DNA of 50,210 nt from Octopus bimaculoides (taxonomy: Eukaryota). Within the stretch, counting starts at the first letter, position 1. Each line of letters starts with the position of its first letter. This document shows positions 47,396 through 50,210 of the stretch, piece after piece. The stretch is taken from positions 95,131,410-95,181,619 of the forward strand of contig NC_068989.1 of assembly GCF_001194135.2 (NCBI RefSeq), read 5' to 3'. Both the position numbers and the translations under genes were made by a program. The notes beneath the pieces are model-generated. The model worked only from the letters and a program-made list of their open reading frames with translations, made no database searches and was not told the origin of the DNA.

Positions 47396-48241
47396 NNNNN
47401 NNNNNNNNNNNNNNNNNNNNNNNNNNNNNNNNNNNNNNNNNNNNNNNNNNNNNNNNNNNNNNNNNNNNNNNNNNNNNNNNNNNNNNNNNNNNNNNNNNNN
47501 NNNNNNNNNNNNNNNNNNNNNNNNNNNNNNNNNNNNNNNNNNNNNNNNNNNNNNNNNNNNNNNNNNNNNNNNNNNNNNNNNNNNNNNNNNNNNNNNNNNN
47601 NNNNNNNNNNNNNNNNNNNNNNNNNNNNNNNNNNNNNNNNNNNNNNNNNNNNNNNNNNNNNNNNNNNNNNNNNNNNNNNNNNNNNNNNNNNNNNNNNNNN
47701 NNNNNNNNNNNNNNNNNNNNNNNNNNNNNNNNNNNNNNNNNNNNNNNNNNNNNNNNNNNNNNNNNNNNNNNNNNNNNNNNNNNNNNNNNNNNNNNNNNNN
47801 NNNNNNNNNNNNNNNNNNNNNNNNNNNNNNNNNNNNNNNNNNNNNNNNNNNNNNNNNNNNNNNNNNNNNNNNNNNNNNNNNNNNNNNNNNNNNNNNNNNN
47901 NNNNNNNNNNNNNNNNNNNNNNNNNNNNNNNNNNNNNNNNNNNNNNNNNNNNNNNNNNNNNNNNNNNNNNNNNNNNNNNNNNNNNNNNNNNNNNNNNNNN
48001 NNNNNNNNNNNNNNNNNNNNNNNNNNNNNNNNNNNNNNNNNNNNNNNNNNNNNNNNNNNNNNNNNNNNNNNNNNNNNNNNNNNNNNNNNNNNNNNNNNNN
48101 NNNNNNNNNNNNNNNNNNNNNNNNNNNNNNNNNNNNNNNNNNNNNNNNNNNNNNNNNNNNNNNNNNNNNNNNNNNNNNNNNNNNNNNNNNNNNNNNNNNN
48201 NNNNNNNNNNNNNNNNNNNNNNNNNNNNNNNNNNNNNNNNN
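47396..48241. other. Largest assembly gap (N run)
   Basis: Direct read. Other gaps: 3258-3267, 3761-3872, 7414-7423, 20811-20820, 34004-34248, 42700-43221, 44221-44537 and 49280-49532. Most are flanked by microsatellites. Confidence 0.99.
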
Positions 48242-48277
<36 letters not shown>

Positions 48278-48427
48278 GCACAGACACACATACACATATA
48301 CACACACACACACATATATTTACATACGGACACACATACAAGCATGTATGTGTGTGTATTGCACATATTGCAGATGCTTTAACGGAATGGATGGATGGAT
48401 GATGATGATGATGATGATGATGATAAT

Positions 48428-49140
48428 GTGCCTACAGTTTATCGTTACACTGATTCTGAGATTGTAGTTTTGGTTAAAAGTCCAATGATGAAAATGAGGA
48501 AGATGTGAGAGAAAGAATCTCTATTAACAGGTAAATTACGTTGACAACTGAACTGCTGGCTGGACAAGAGGAACGAGGTTTTGCAAGTGAACAAGAAATC
48601 ATGAACGTTTGCTTGCTCCAAGATAAACTTATTAGAGGAAAACCCAAGTAGATGAAGCGACAGACACTGCACGATATATTCCAGAAAATAGCCAGGAAGC
48701 AGGAAGAAGCAGCAGCAGTGTCCACACTTGGATAATCCGCTGCCATCAACTTCAAGTCAACCCAGATGTGCTGACATCACCATTTCCTCCACAGGTTGAA
48801 GCTGTTCCTGATGCTGAGGATGTTGTCACTCTCAGTGATGAAGGGGATTATCCTGACAGCCCATCTGCTGTTTGGCTTCTTTTCGAGGCTACAGTAATGA
48901 CTAAAATTCTAAGGAAATATTTTATTTAGTTGAATTAAAATTCTATTATTTAATTAATGAACATTAAAATTTCATTTGCTTTTCATTTAGTGTTTAATTT
49001 TCTTTCTTTAAAGGATTGTACAGGTAGTAATTTTCTGTTAATATATACAGCAGATGTAACCATAAAAAAAATTGGGCATTTTTGAAAATCCGGCTCTCCT
49101 CAGGTCCGGAGGTTGCCGGATTTTTTAATGTCAACCTGTA
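48428..49140 (+). mobile_element. 3' end of a Tigger/pogo-like DNA transposon (transposase C-terminus and right TIR)
   Basis: Decayed ORF VPTVYRYTDSEIV...DENEEDVRERISINR*ITLTTELLAGQEERGFASEQEIMNVCLLQDKLIRGKPK*MKRQTLHDIFQK has the acidic linker and KQxTLxxFF-like terminus. The element ends ...gccggattttttaatgtcaacctg-TA, whose reverse complement TA-CAGGTTGAC fits the Tigger CAG start and TA target duplication. The left end is not visible. Confidence 0.7.
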
Positions 49141-49713
49141 TATAAAAGGTGCAGCGTCGCACCGATAACCAGCTGGCGGAAGGCCTGTCTGGGGTTAAAC
49201 TAGGAGTAACATGGAACGGCCACTTTGACGTGGCCAATGACTTCACTTGTTATATATATATATATATATATATATATATNNNNNNNNNNNNNNNNNNNNN
49301 NNNNNNNNNNNNNNNNNNNNNNNNNNNNNNNNNNNNNNNNNNNNNNNNNNNNNNNNNNNNNNNNNNNNNNNNNNNNNNNNNNNNNNNNNNNNNNNNNNNN
49401 NNNNNNNNNNNNNNNNNNNNNNNNNNNNNNNNNNNNNNNNNNNNNNNNNNNNNNNNNNNNNNNNNNNNNNNNNNNNNNNNNNNNNNNNNNNNNNNNNNNN
49501 NNNNNNNNNNNNNNNNNNNNNNNNNNNNNNNNATTTTGTGTTCTTTGCTACATTGGTTTCTATTAACCCATTTATTCTATCAGAAGAATTTTTATTCATT
49601 AAGATAGAAGAAATACACATAAATATATATATATATATATATATGTATGTATATGTATATATATGCAGATAGATTAATAGACAGATGTAGATATAAACAT
49701 GTGTGTATGTGTG

Positions 49714-49753
<40 letters not shown>

Positions 49754-49773
49754 TGTGTGTATGTGCGTATAAA

Positions 49774-50060
49774 TCAGGTCAGATGTGGAGGCATGCGCCA
49801 TTGCAGCGCGCTGGTGTATTCGCCATTTGTCGGTGTATTCCCGGGTCCTCCCGGGTGACCCATTGGGCAGGGTTGCAGTCGGTCCTCATCTCCGTGATAT
49901 ACCTCTTCATCTGCCGCGACCATGTGCCATATTGTGAACCAACAGGAGCCGTCAACCCAGTCGGATCTTCAGAGCGAAGAGAATGCGACAAGCAGGATCT
50001 CAATCGGAATGAAACAACGGACGAGAAGCATCCCAGAAGAGTCGTTGGCTGGATATGAAA
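49774..50060 (-). mobile_element. 5'-truncated RTE-like LINE 3' end
   Basis: ISSQRLFWDASRP..SD*DPACRIL, a frameshift, then SEDPTGLTAPVGSQYGTWSRQMKRY...REDP...ARCNGACLHI*, ending in tgacctga. It resembles the DPAHRIL..DPxGWxRPRGRPRxTWLRQ terminus of RTE/RTE-X ORF2. GC-rich relative to the flanks. Confidence 0.72.
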
Positions 50061-50210
50061 GCTGATCTAAGGTAACCCTATACACACATACACACATACG
50101 TACATACATACATACATACATACATACAGTATCGCAAAGGCATATTCCAAGGAGACAACATCTCTGTGATGTTTATACTTTCTGTAAACTCCTTGTCATT
50201 CATGTTAAGG

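Overview
AT-rich eukaryotic genomic DNA from a draft assembly with nine N-gaps. It is very dense in microsatellites and tRNA-derived SINEs. The SINE families and microsatellite load resemble a coleoid cephalopod, most likely Octopus; this is recognition from memory, not a database result. I find no intact protein-coding gene, tRNA, rRNA or CRISPR array, so the window looks intergenic or like part of a very large intron. Nearly all supplied ORFs are microsatellite or N-gap read-throughs. The recognisable coding remnants are all dead transposons: R4/Dong-type RLE non-LTR fragments (1.9-3.7 kb and 32.5 kb), a mariner with decayed TIRs (8.4-9.3 kb), two RTE-type LINE 3' ends (16.0-16.8 kb and 49.8-50.1 kb) and a Tigger/pogo 3' end (48.4-49.1 kb). 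Three SINE families, called A, B and C here, account for about 30 copies or fragments. The most unusual structures are a perfect 134-bp-arm fold-back palindrome (31992-32270), a co-oriented stack of RLE-LINE fragments at (AAT)n tracts, a hammerhead-ribozyme-like core in a Penelope-like tail (14678-14716), a cryptic decayed ~20-29-bp minisatellite (7.2-8.25 kb) and a stem-loop module shared between two SINE families. I see no convincing novel multi-gene system.
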